Assembly: GCA_964552475.1 (NCBI GenBank)
Contig: CAZKFZ010000007.1
Span: 1-36,646 of the forward strand
Reading direction: 5' to 3'
Length of the DNA stretch: 36,646 nt
Source: an uncultured Candidatus Saccharibacteria bacterium
GTDB lineage: Bacteria; Patescibacteriota; Saccharimonadia; CAILAD01; BJGX01
Shown here: one piece after another, positions 14,738 to 23,893 of the stretch
Layout of the letters: every line of letters starts with the position of its first letter
Numbering within the stretch: the stretch's first letter is position 1
Translations under genes and position numbers: made by a program
The notes under the pieces: model-generated
Databases searched by the model: none
What the model was told of the DNA's origin: nothing
Seen by the model: only the letters and a program-made list of their open reading frames with translations

Positions 14738-17239
14738 CTAACCCATTCGTGACGGAGTTGGCTCAGTAGAAGTTGGGCTTTTCGCGCTACTAATAGCGTC
14801 AAGGCTAGCAGCTACCTCAGCAGCTACTTGGTCTTTGGGCCTACCGAATTTTGAACGAGATAAATCACGCATTGCACTTTGTAGTTCAGTGTTTACTACC
14901 TCGTTATCTATAGGTGGATAGCCTTTCATTGAAAACGGCGTTACTGGTTTTCCATTGGCAATTATCTTTGCAATTGCATAGTGATTGGGAATATTGGCAA
15001 TATCGCTGGCTCCAAATTGGGGCTCAAACTGTTTAGCCAAGTATTCTGCATCTTCGTTGCCGACTCTATGTATTATCATACTACCAACGTTGCCAAATAC
15101 TGCATCTCTTATCTGTTCATCAATCTGTTCTATATATTGATTCGCAACAGTAAGGTTGAAGTGATACTTTCTGGCTTCAGATAATATTGTTGCAAAGCTA
15201 TCGGTGGCAATATTTTGAAATTCATCTACATATAGACCAAAATCCACACGATCATCCTCGGGTATATCAGCACGACTCATAGCAGCGACCTGTAGTTTAA
15301 TAACAAATATCATACCAAGAAGCTTGGCATTTAGCTCACCCATAAGGCCTTTACTGAGGTTTACTATTAGAATCTTGTTGTTATCCATTATGTCGCGAAA
15401 ATTAAATGCCGACTTCTTTTGTCCAATAATATTACGAAGCATTTCGTTGTTGGCTACTGCACCAAATTTTGAAGCAAAATAACCCAACATATCGGACTTT
15501 GTTCGTGCATCTGTTTGAGCCATCTCGTTTGTCCAAAAAGCTTGTACGGTAGGGTCGTCTAAGTATTTGAATTTTTTCTTAAGGTATTCGTCGTCGGTAA
15601 AGACTCTCGGTACCTCAATGTAAGATCCGCCCTCGGGGTCTGCCATCACGGTAAGTGCTGCGTTTCTGAACCAGTTTTCAAACTGTGGGCCAATCATGCC
15701 TTGATGCTGGGGATCGTAAAGCTTATAGAGCATACTTATTATCTCTTGAACGATAAAGTCTTTTTGCTCTGGTTTATTCCGGTCGTATTCCATAATATTT
15801 AAGCCCATAGGAAACTCGGTATCGCCGGGGGAGAAATATATAACATCTTCAGCTCTATCTGCAGGTATTCTACCCAAAAGTCTTTCTGCTTCATCACCAT
15901 TCGGATCAATAAAACAAAAACCTCTCCCTGCTGCCGCATCTTGTATCATCATATTGGTGAGCAATACAGATTTACCTGTACCGGTTTGACCAATTATGTA
16001 GGTGTGACGGCGTTTGTCATCTTTAGTAAGAAATATTGGTGTCTCATGACCACGAAATATATTCAAGCCAATTCTAATACCTTCAGTTGGTAAACCGCCA
16101 GGTGCAGCAACTTCTTTGGCAGCCTTGCGGTCTAAGTTAACAGCTATACCAACTACTTCACTTGGTAGATGAAATATAGTAGCAAGCTCTACAGAGTTTA
16201 GTACCATATTTTTTTTATTGGCTGGAAAAAACCTAAATATAAAATCTGTGGCTACTTTCTGGGGTTCCTTGGCAGATTTATATTTAAAGCTGTTAGCACC
16301 GCCTTGGCTAAGTTGGGCAAAGCCTAAGTTTATATCTTGAATAATTACTTTTGCTCTTATTGGATCGTCAGAGCTAGCAATAATTCTAATGGAGGTTTCA
16401 AAAGCTGGTGACTTAGCTTTTTGTTCAATCATTTCGGATTTTTTTTGATCAATTGCATCGGGCTGTTTTTCTTGGGATTGTTTATTATCGTCTTCAGACT
16501 TAGTCTTAAATGGTGCTTTAAGAACATAAGAAACTGCATCCATAGCTTTACTTGAAGGGTCGTCATTTTTTTTCTTAGGGTCCAAGACTTGTTTGGCTCG
16601 CTTAATCGCTTGCTTAGTCCATTCTGAACCGGCCGGTCTTATAAGTATTTGAATGGCCGCACCTTCATGATCGTTGAGGTTAGAAAGTCCAGAGAGCAAT
16701 CCTGTTAGTGCATCACTATCGCTTTCACGATAAGTGTTTATGGGCAAATAACTTTCCTTGGATAGCTCTAGCTCGCCACCTTGTACTCCGGCAATTTTGC
16801 TAACTTTTGAGAATATATTCACATCTTGAGCTTTTTCTATTTGTATATCAGAATAGGCCGAAGTTAGTGACTTCTGTACCGCACTTAATAATGTTACGGG
16901 TACGGCAATGTAGAAGTTTATTTGCTTACCATCGGCCACAATCTCAAAACAAACATGTTTTTTACCATAAAATTTAGATTTTTCAGTCGCAATTCCAGAA
17001 AGCAAATTAAAAACTCCCTCGGCTTTTGAGATATTCTCTTTAATTAGTTCGCGACTATCTCTAGTACCTTCTTCAGCTTCTTGTGGTGGTAGCTTAACTA
17101 GTAGTGGAACCATTTTTAGCGAACGTTCAATATCTTTACTTCGTCTTGATATCTTTCTGTACCAGAAAAACCCCACCGTACTAACGCAGGCAACAAAAAC
17201 AATAAATAAGCTTATTGAGAATAACAAAAACTGTGACAT
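14738..17239 (-). CDS. membrane-anchored FtsK/HerA-superfamily ATPase, VirD4/TraD-like type IV coupling protein homologue
   Basis: The 833-aa ORF has an N-terminal TM helix and Walker A GQTGTGKS followed by FIDPNGDEAERL...PMGLN. Walker B LYVDEFQN and ARKYHFNLTVANQYIEQ complete the layout typical of TraD/TrwB/VirD4-type proteins. Confidence 0.8.
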   Translation of the reverse strand: MSQFLLFSISLFIVFVACVSTVGFFWYRKISRRSKDIERSLKMVPLLVKLPPQEAEEGTRDSRELIKENISKAEGVFNLLSGIATEKSKFYGKKHVCFEIVADGKQINFYIAVPVTLLSAVQKSLTSAYSDIQIEKAQDVNIFSKVSKIAGVQGGELELSKESYLPINTYRESDSDALTGLLSGLSNLNDHEGAAIQILIRPAGSEWTKQAIKRAKQVLDPKKKNDDPSSKAMDAVSYVLKAPFKTKSEDDNKQSQEKQPDAIDQKKSEMIEQKAKSPAFETSIRIIASSDDPIRAKVIIQDINLGFAQLSQGGANSFKYKSAKEPQKVATDFIFRFFPANKKNMVLNSVELATIFHLPSEVVGIAVNLDRKAAKEVAAPGGLPTEGIRIGLNIFRGHETPIFLTKDDKRRHTYIIGQTGTGKSVLLTNMMIQDAAAGRGFCFIDPNGDEAERLLGRIPADRAEDVIYFSPGDTEFPMGLNIMEYDRNKPEQKDFIVQEIISMLYKLYDPQHQGMIGPQFENWFRNAALTVMADPEGGSYIEVPRVFTDDEYLKKKFKYLDDPTVQAFWTNEMAQTDARTKSDMLGYFASKFGAVANNEMLRNIIGQKKSAFNFRDIMDNNKILIVNLSKGLMGELNAKLLGMIFVIKLQVAAMSRADIPEDDRVDFGLYVDEFQNIATDSFATILSEARKYHFNLTVANQYIEQIDEQIRDAVFGNVGSMIIHRVGNEDAEYLAKQFEPQFGASDIANIPNHYAIAKIIANGKPVTPFSMKGYPPIDNEVVNTELQSAMRDLSRSKFGRPKDQVAAEVAASLDAISSAKSPTSTEPTPSRMG

Positions 17240-17248
17240 ATATGTTCC

Positions 17249-17707
17249 TTAATTGACATCTAAGTTAAATCGCTTTTTTAAATAAGAACTACTTATGTGA
17301 TTTTGGTAGTCATCTTCCACGGAGGGATCGTCCTTTTCCTTCTCTATTATCTCTTCTGTCTTTTTCACCCAAGGCTCTTCTATTAAGTCGACATCTTCAG
17401 CTTCAAGTTGATCAATAGATTTTTTAAACATTTCTCTTGCTGTGGTACTATCGGTATGAACCTGTTGGGCTTGAGGGGGTTGGGGGTTTACAACGGCTGT
17501 GGCTGTAGTTACAGGCTGTTGATTGGTAAAAGGAGCTACAGGAGTCGCTTGCGTTATCGACTCAGGTTGTTTCATAGTAGGCTGAATTTCTTGGCCAGGA
17601 GGTGCAACTTCTAAATTTTGGTTGGGCTGCGCTTTTGTGGGCTCGGGCGAGGGGTTACGCAAATTAGAATCAACATCAGTAGCAAGATGAAATCTCGGGG
17701 TATTCAT
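17249..17707 (-). CDS. hypothetical protein with a Pro/Gln/Thr-rich disordered N-terminus and an acidic helical C-terminus
   Basis: The 152-aa ORF ends 9 nt before the ATPase start. A TATAAT box lies 7 nt upstream of its ATG. Confidence 0.65.
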   Translation of the reverse strand: MNTPRFHLATDVDSNLRNPSPEPTKAQPNQNLEVAPPGQEIQPTMKQPESITQATPVAPFTNQQPVTTATAVVNPQPPQAQQVHTDSTTAREMFKKSIDQLEAEDVDLIEEPWVKKTEEIIEKEKDDPSVEDDYQNHISSSYLKKRFNLDVN

Positions 17708-17714
17708 AACAAAT

Positions 17715-17720
17715 ATTATA
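17715..17720 (-). promoter_or_regulatory. -10 box placed for a leaderless transcript (152-aa gene)
   Basis: The minus strand reads TATAAT, then 7 nt (ATTTGTT), then ATG at 17707. There is no room for a Shine-Dalgarno sequence. Confidence 0.4.
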
Positions 17721-17740
17721 CCAGTTATGTTTGGTATCTA

Positions 17741-19219
17741 CTAGACATGAATCCATACCGGTGTTCCAATGTTAGCCCAGCCAAAAAGGAATGCTGCTGA
17801 ACTTTTTGGCATATTAACGCAACCGTGACTACCACCATTTATATAGTCTTGACCCCCAAAGCTAGATCGCCAATCAGCATCATGAAACCCTGCTCCGCCA
17901 TTAAAAGGCATCCAGTAGTCTACATAGACATTATAGCTCCAGCCATACTGGCTGCCGTTTAGATATCTACTGCGTTCCTTAGCATAAATAGCAAATATAC
18001 CGGTTTGGGTGCCAAAACCGTATCCAGAAGCTCCACTAGTAACGGGGGTTGAAAAAACTACTTGGTTGTCTTGATAAGCCCAAAGCCTTTGCTGGCTAAT
18101 ATTCACCTCTATATATGTACCGTAATCAAGTCCAACACTACGGTTAGTTTCTGTCTGAAACGCCACAGGACTCGCTTGGAGATTAAAACTTACAGATTCA
18201 TTTTTACTCAGGCCAGATACAATTGCATCTACGGCTGCTTGCTGATCTACAGCACTACCATTAACACCTTCTTGCTCCACAGAAGATACGCCATTACGTA
18301 TATTTATCTTCTTATTCTTTGGTGCAATATTTACTTGGTTGGCTACACTCTGTACATAGCCCGATACCTGTTCGGGTGAGATACTCGCCACCAACTTAGG
18401 CTTGCCATCTTTGTCGATTTGTTCGTTAAAAACTATCATATGGCCAATCGCGTCTCTATCAGCAACAAAGCTTCTACCTTCATAATTTAGCGTGACTGAT
18501 TGAGATAAAAATGTTTCAGCCTGGGTTTTAGCTTCACCTGTGTCACCGGCTAATATATCAGCCTTTAGAGTTTGAGGCAATAAAAATAGACTTTGATCTT
18601 TGGCGTCCTGCAAGGATGTTGCTAGAATTTTACTTAAATACCTTTGGTCTACCCTTAGACCATCCTTGTCGGGTACAACTGTTACCTGGCCATTTTCTAC
18701 TTTTAGAGTAGCGTTCTGAGCGCTATAACCAACCGAGCTTATGACTGAATCTGTAAAACTTTTCAGCTTAGCCAGATCTACATTGTAGGCATAACCTATT
18801 TGACCTTTATTATTAATACTTGCCATATTAAGTAGAGAGAATGGTTGCCCACGACCAACACCATAGGCAGTGGCTACTGTTGTAGGAATATCATAACTCG
18901 CCCCAAGATCATCACTTGTAATAGTAAAAGACTTTTCACCCACATTTACTGTAAAGGTTCTCTGAAGTTTCTGGTTGTAAAGATAATCAAGAGTTTGCTT
19001 TCTTGTGAGAAAGCTTACATCTTTTCCAGCAATAGACACGCCAGGCGCCATTCTTCCCATTGTGATAGCCGAAATAAGAAGCTCAACAAAACAAAATATC
19101 AAAACTAAGCTAATTATTACAAAGTTTATTCTCGCACTCCTACTCGGTTTAGCACCCGAATAAGACATAAATCTAGGTAGATGTAGTTTATGAGAGTGAG
19201 GATTGGTTCTATTTTTCAT
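17741..19219 (-). CDS. L,D-transpeptidase (YkuD domain) with an N-terminal membrane anchor and PG-binding/YoaR-like region
   Basis: The 492-aa ORF ends in a catalytic YkuD domain with GFHDADWR...GGSHGCVNMP. A TM anchor INFVIISLVLIFCFVELLI is present near the N-terminus. Confidence 0.9.
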   Translation of the reverse strand: MKNRTNPHSHKLHLPRFMSYSGAKPSRSARINFVIISLVLIFCFVELLISAITMGRMAPGVSIAGKDVSFLTRKQTLDYLYNQKLQRTFTVNVGEKSFTITSDDLGASYDIPTTVATAYGVGRGQPFSLLNMASINNKGQIGYAYNVDLAKLKSFTDSVISSVGYSAQNATLKVENGQVTVVPDKDGLRVDQRYLSKILATSLQDAKDQSLFLLPQTLKADILAGDTGEAKTQAETFLSQSVTLNYEGRSFVADRDAIGHMIVFNEQIDKDGKPKLVASISPEQVSGYVQSVANQVNIAPKNKKINIRNGVSSVEQEGVNGSAVDQQAAVDAIVSGLSKNESVSFNLQASPVAFQTETNRSVGLDYGTYIEVNISQQRLWAYQDNQVVFSTPVTSGASGYGFGTQTGIFAIYAKERSRYLNGSQYGWSYNVYVDYWMPFNGGAGFHDADWRSSFGGQDYINGGSHGCVNMPKSSAAFLFGWANIGTPVWIHV

Positions 19220-19279
19220 TTTTATATAGATAAACTTATGTACCTATTATACAACATGAGCTTATGCTTAACCATGCAT

Positions 19280-22099
19280 TTACAAAACCTTCAAATTCTT
19301 GAATTTCTTGTGTTTTCTTAGTTTTGCAACACATTTATCAACGCTTTTGCTAATGTATTTTAAGCTTGGGTTAGAACCACAATCCAATACTATTCTAATA
19401 CTTAGCCTTTTTTTATTAATCTTAATAAGTTCTGGGTTTATAAAAACACTCACAAGCTGTACTTTTCTAATATTGTCGCTGGTAGTTAAATTGTCTACCA
19501 CATCCTGCCACCAAACATTACTATCCACTTCAATAGTAATATCGCGCTGATTAAGTTGGTAACCAAGTGGTAATTCTATTTTTGCGTACTTGGGAGTTAG
19601 TAAGTCTTGTGACATCTCAATTTCGGCATAGCTAATCTCATTGTTAAATTTTTGATTTACTAGTATTACGCTATCTACCTGTCCAAACCATCCAATAGAC
19701 TTATTATTTACCAAAATATCTGCAGCTCTACCTGGTACAAAAAGATTATTATTACCTGGAACAATTTTATGTTTCCAACGATATTTTTGAGCTATCTCTC
19801 CAATAACTGTACCTAGTCTATCGATACTATTTTTGCCCACCAATGTTATTGCTAGCTTCCACGTCTCACTCTTGCCGTGTTTTTCATTTTTTGACTTATT
19901 ATATACTCTTGAAACTTCAAAGAAACCATAGCTTTCTTTCCAGTAGTCGCGATTATTAACTGCCGTCTGTATGTGACTCATGATTAGTGTGCTACGTAAA
20001 AACTCCTGTTCTTTGCTAAGTGGGTTTACTATTTTAAAATGCTTATCGGTTTCACTTTTGGCGAGCTGGAGTTGCTTGTGACTCACAAATGAGTATGTCA
20101 TTACCTCATACAGACCATTTGTGACCAGGTTATTTTTTAATTCTTGTGCTTTTAATATAAGCTGATGGTCGGCAGTGTTTGTTGGTGGTAGCTGGGGGAG
20201 GGTGGCGGGCATATTTTCATAGCCAACTATTTTGGCTACTTCTTCATATAAATCCTGTTCTATTTTAATATCATCTCGCCACCAAGGAGCTGTAACAGCG
20301 ACTGTATGATTGAAATTATCTACATAACGTCTAGCACCAAGATAGCCAGGGTTATTTGCAAACTCTTTTAGATCAACTTCAATAACTTCTTGATTATTTC
20401 TTTTCACCCATTTTTTATTTTTATATTCATACATTGCGGCCATTACAACTTTGTTATTACCAATATACAATCCGTTGTGACCAACTTCTTTTTTTTGTCT
20501 AAGCTGTTGTTTTACGTGTTTTCCGTGGTTATCTTTTAAGTAATAGTGATCATCTACCGAATTCTCTATTTTACCTTTATAAAAAACTACATCTCCTGGT
20601 TTTAAGTTACTAACTTCTATGGCCTCTCCGTGTTCGAATTGTGCCAATGCAGTATGTCCTATGTATACGCCTATAAGTGAGTATACATAATCAATAAGAT
20701 ATGAGCAGTCAAAAGCATTAATTCCATCTTCTTTAAAATTCGCCCCCCATTTGTATGGTTTACCCAAGTGCTTTTTAGCTTCTTTGGTAATAGAGAATTG
20801 TTCAGCCTCAAACCCTCTTTTACGTAGTCCGTTAATAACCTCTTTTTCATTTAACTTAAGACCTAAGAACTTTTCGGCTTTTCGAATTCGTAATCCAGTA
20901 TGTTGAATCCAGGGCCAATCATAAAGTTGATCGAAAGGACCATTAATAATTTTGGCTTGGCAAATAGTTTTGAATAAATAAAGAAGACGTTCAGTTGCAT
21001 AAATTGAGAGGGGGAGAGGTAAGCCTTTTTCAAACCTAGCACTTGCTTCCGTGCGAATACCATGACGATTAGCCGACCTACGTATTCTAGTGGCATTAAA
21101 ATTAGCAACTTCTAATACAATCTCTTTTGTATTATTATCAACTTCGGTGTTTACACCACCCATTACTCCGGCCAAACCAATAGCACTACTATTGTCGGCT
21201 ATTACTATGTCTTCTTTACTGAGTTTTCTATCTACACCATCTAGTGTGGTAATTGTTTCGTTATTTTTAGCAAACCTAACTTGTAAATTTCCTTTTAGTT
21301 TGGTTTTGTCATATGCATGAGAGGGTTGACCAGTCTCTAGCATTACAAAGTTGGTGATATCTACAATAGGATTAATCGGTCTCATCCCAGCCGCCTGTAA
21401 GTTTTCCACAATCCAGTCGGGTGTTTTACTCTGAATATTTATTTGTAAAACTGCGCTTACAAAGCGCTTACACTCAACGGTTTCTTTGACCTTTACGACT
21501 TCTCTATCTCTAAATTCAATTTTTGCATGCTCTGGCTCAGCTAACTCAGTACCAACGGAATTTGCAAAAATTTCTCGTGCTAAACCATAAACAGAGAGCA
21601 TGTCGGGGCGGTTTGTAGGGGTCTTAATATCCACGATATCACCCATATTGTCTATGTCGCACAATGATATACCAAGGGGGAGGTCAGGGTCGAGAACAGC
21701 TATACCAGAGTGGTCATCTCCTCTACCCAACTCTCTTTCTGAGCAAATCATACCTGAAGATTTTTCACCACGTAGTACTACTTGCTCAATCTTATCACCA
21801 CTTGGTAAAATTGCACCTGGTTTTGCATAGGCTACTACTTGACCTTCTCTTATATTCGGGGCACCACAAACCACCTTAGCTTTAGTTTTACCAAACAAAA
21901 CTTCTGCGACTTTCAAACGATCGGCATTTGGATGTTGCTTAGTTTTTAAAACCCTAGCAGTTACAATTTTCACATCTAAGTTATTAGAAGTTATAATTGA
22001 CTCCACTTCAACTTCTGTTTTCTCTAGCGCAGTGACAATACTGTCTGTACTAAGAGGTTTTTTAAAGTATAGGTTTAAGAAATTAACAGGTAAAAGCAT
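19280..22099 (-). CDS. pheT: phenylalanine--tRNA ligase beta subunit carrying an inserted NlpC/P60-like domain
   Basis: The ORF shows a tRNA-binding OB domain (HPNADRLKVAEV...CGAPN), a B3/4 domain (NRPDMLSVYGLAREI), a B5 domain (VTAPWWRDDIKIEQDLYEEVAKIVGYENMP) and a C-terminal FDX-ACB-like domain. I place the start at ATG 22099, one nt after the pheS TAA, rather than at the overlapping track start 22144. Confidence 0.93.
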   Translation of the reverse strand: MLLPVNFLNLYFKKPLSTDSIVTALEKTEVEVESIITSNNLDVKIVTARVLKTKQHPNADRLKVAEVLFGKTKAKVVCGAPNIREGQVVAYAKPGAILPSGDKIEQVVLRGEKSSGMICSERELGRGDDHSGIAVLDPDLPLGISLCDIDNMGDIVDIKTPTNRPDMLSVYGLAREIFANSVGTELAEPEHAKIEFRDREVVKVKETVECKRFVSAVLQINIQSKTPDWIVENLQAAGMRPINPIVDITNFVMLETGQPSHAYDKTKLKGNLQVRFAKNNETITTLDGVDRKLSKEDIVIADNSSAIGLAGVMGGVNTEVDNNTKEIVLEVANFNATRIRRSANRHGIRTEASARFEKGLPLPLSIYATERLLYLFKTICQAKIINGPFDQLYDWPWIQHTGLRIRKAEKFLGLKLNEKEVINGLRKRGFEAEQFSITKEAKKHLGKPYKWGANFKEDGINAFDCSYLIDYVYSLIGVYIGHTALAQFEHGEAIEVSNLKPGDVVFYKGKIENSVDDHYYLKDNHGKHVKQQLRQKKEVGHNGLYIGNNKVVMAAMYEYKNKKWVKRNNQEVIEVDLKEFANNPGYLGARRYVDNFNHTVAVTAPWWRDDIKIEQDLYEEVAKIVGYENMPATLPQLPPTNTADHQLILKAQELKNNLVTNGLYEVMTYSFVSHKQLQLAKSETDKHFKIVNPLSKEQEFLRSTLIMSHIQTAVNNRDYWKESYGFFEVSRVYNKSKNEKHGKSETWKLAITLVGKNSIDRLGTVIGEIAQKYRWKHKIVPGNNNLFVPGRAADILVNNKSIGWFGQVDSVILVNQKFNNEISYAEIEMSQDLLTPKYAKIELPLGYQLNQRDITIEVDSNVWWQDVVDNLTTSDNIRKVQLVSVFINPELIKINKKRLSIRIVLDCGSNPSLKYISKSVDKCVAKLRKHKKFKNLKVL

Positions 22100-22100
22100 A

Positions 22101-23093
22101 TTAAAATTGCTCCAAAAAACTAAATCTTGGGCGCCATAACTCACGCAGATCTGTCAAGCCATATTTTATTACCGCAAACCTCTCTGCTCCCCATCCAAAC
22201 GCAAACCCTGTGTATATATTAGGGTCTACCCCACCGTTTCTTAATACTTGGGGATGTACCATACCCGCACCGCCCAACTCTAGCCATTTTTCGTTGTACC
22301 AACAGTCTAACTCAACAGATGGTTCGGTATAAGGAAAATAGCTCGCTCTAAATCTTATCTCAACATCAGGTCCGAGTAGCCCCCTTACGACAGTCAGTAA
22401 TGTTCCTTTAAGATCAGACATCGAAACACCCTCACCTACTACCAAGCCTTCCACCTGGTTAAAAATCCAGGCATGTGTAGCATCTTCATCTTCATTTCTA
22501 AAAACTCTACCGGGCACAATGATTTTATATGGCGGTTTATTTTGCTCCATAAATCTTACTTGCATACCAGATGTATGTGATCGTGGCAAAAGGTTCATTT
22601 TGCCATTATCAATATAAAAAGTATCCTGCATATCTCTAGCTGGATGTGAATCAGGCATGTTGAGAGCTTCAAAGTTATACCAATCAGATTCTATCTCTGG
22701 ACTATCGACAATTGCAAATCCCAACTCTGTGAATATCTTATAAGTCTGAGACAACACCAAGCTTGTAGGGTGAAAGTGGCCGTAGCTATACCCATATATA
22801 CTATTTAGCAAACTAAGATCTTTAGGTTCATAAAAGCTAGTTGTGTTTATACGAGTTAAGGCCTCTCTAAACATTGCTTCAAGTTTATTTCTCGCTTGGT
22901 TTAGATTTTTACCTGCATTTACCTTATCAGCTAATGTAAGATTTGGAAGGTTCCTTAACTCCTTCGATAAAGCACTATCTTTTCCTAAATAATTAGATTT
23001 AGCCTTATCAAGATCACTTTTCGAACCAGCTTTTTCAAAAGCAATTCTAGCAACTTCTATATAATCATTTGAGATTGATTTAAAATTATTCAT
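22101..23093 (-). CDS. pheS: phenylalanine--tRNA ligase alpha subunit
   Basis: The 330-aa ORF contains class II motifs such as FRASYFPYTEPSVELD and GAGMVHPQVL...GFAFGWGAERF. Confidence 0.96.
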   Translation of the reverse strand: MNNFKSISNDYIEVARIAFEKAGSKSDLDKAKSNYLGKDSALSKELRNLPNLTLADKVNAGKNLNQARNKLEAMFREALTRINTTSFYEPKDLSLLNSIYGYSYGHFHPTSLVLSQTYKIFTELGFAIVDSPEIESDWYNFEALNMPDSHPARDMQDTFYIDNGKMNLLPRSHTSGMQVRFMEQNKPPYKIIVPGRVFRNEDEDATHAWIFNQVEGLVVGEGVSMSDLKGTLLTVVRGLLGPDVEIRFRASYFPYTEPSVELDCWYNEKWLELGGAGMVHPQVLRNGGVDPNIYTGFAFGWGAERFAVIKYGLTDLRELWRPRFSFLEQF

Positions 23094-23104
23094 AAATACT
23101 GCCT

Positions 23105-23491
23105 TTATGCTTTTCTGGTTCTAAAATACAGTTCAATAAGTAGTACTGTAAGAGCAAAAAGTATTATATCTCTTATACTTAAACTCTTTAGGCTAGAAAG
23201 TGCTAATAACAGAGTTAAGGCAAAGCCTATTAAAAAGCCAGTTCTTAGAGATTCTATTATTATCTTGCTAGGCTGCATGCGTTTTTCTTCAATCCTTAAC
23301 TTTAAGAGATAATCTAGTAAAGTTATTAAGCTAGACAAACAAGCAAGTATTCCAACAAACCAAAAGGTTATTGCGGCTGGTCCAAGCATTCTTGGAGTAA
23401 AATTAAACATCACATATATTACAGTGCTGAAGGAAATTACAAAAACTATGCTTAAAATAGAGATTGTTATAGTTATGGTCCTATTTCTCAT
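23105..23491 (-). CDS. hypothetical polytopic membrane protein
   Basis: The 128-aa ORF has about four hydrophobic helices and lies 11 nt upstream of pheS on the same strand. Confidence 0.65.
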   Translation of the reverse strand: MRNRTITITISILSIVFVISFSTVIYVMFNFTPRMLGPAAITFWFVGILACLSSLITLLDYLLKLRIEEKRMQPSKIIIESLRTGFLIGFALTLLLALSSLKSLSIRDIILFALTVLLIELYFRTRKA

Positions 23492-23867
23492 ATGTATACT
23501 CTATTATCTGACAAAAGTGATTAATTGTACAGTATAAAGCCATAGGTGCGTATAACGACAATTAATTTGCTCAAATATTGAACACATTATATATATTACT
23601 AATCAGTATGTGCTTAATGAGTATATTTTTTGTTCTTTTTATATTAATAACAATTTTTAGTATTACAATAATTTAACTTGTTAGTATTGTTGTTGCGTAA
23701 CTAAGTTATAAGTTTAGCTACATAAGCTGATTATGTCTAAGCTACGATTAAATTTGTGGATATTGTGTATAACTCGAAAAATTTCTGTTAGCATTTTATA
23801 ACATTAAAATGATTTGTATTAGTTTTTTATGTTAGTGAATATCGACATATTATGTAAAGTGTTTTTA

Positions 23868-23893
23868 TATAAAAAATCGCCAGTAACGGCGAT
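23868..23893 (-). terminator. rho-independent terminator of the unclassified RNA
   Basis: The minus strand reads ATCGCC-GTTACT-GGCGAT followed by TTTTTT. The stem pairs 23876-23881 with 23888-23893, and the A-run on the plus strand is 23871-23876. Confidence 0.6.

Noticed and set aside
22100-22144. A 15-aa N-terminal extension of pheT overlapping the end of pheS (track ORF start 22144)
   Set aside because: The extension has no PheT-like sequence. ATG 22099 yields the typical MLLPVNFLNLY... N-terminus and sits 1 nt after the pheS TAA, which is a standard coupled arrangement.
23755-23772. Two tandem DnaA-box-like 9-mers (TGTGGATAT, TGTGTATAA) in the AT-rich spacer, raising the possibility of an oriC
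   Set aside because: There are only two imperfect boxes and no dnaA or dnaN nearby. Gene orientation does not switch across the region, because genes on both sides are on the minus strand. An origin is therefore unlikely; the spacer is more probably the promoter region for the downstream operon.
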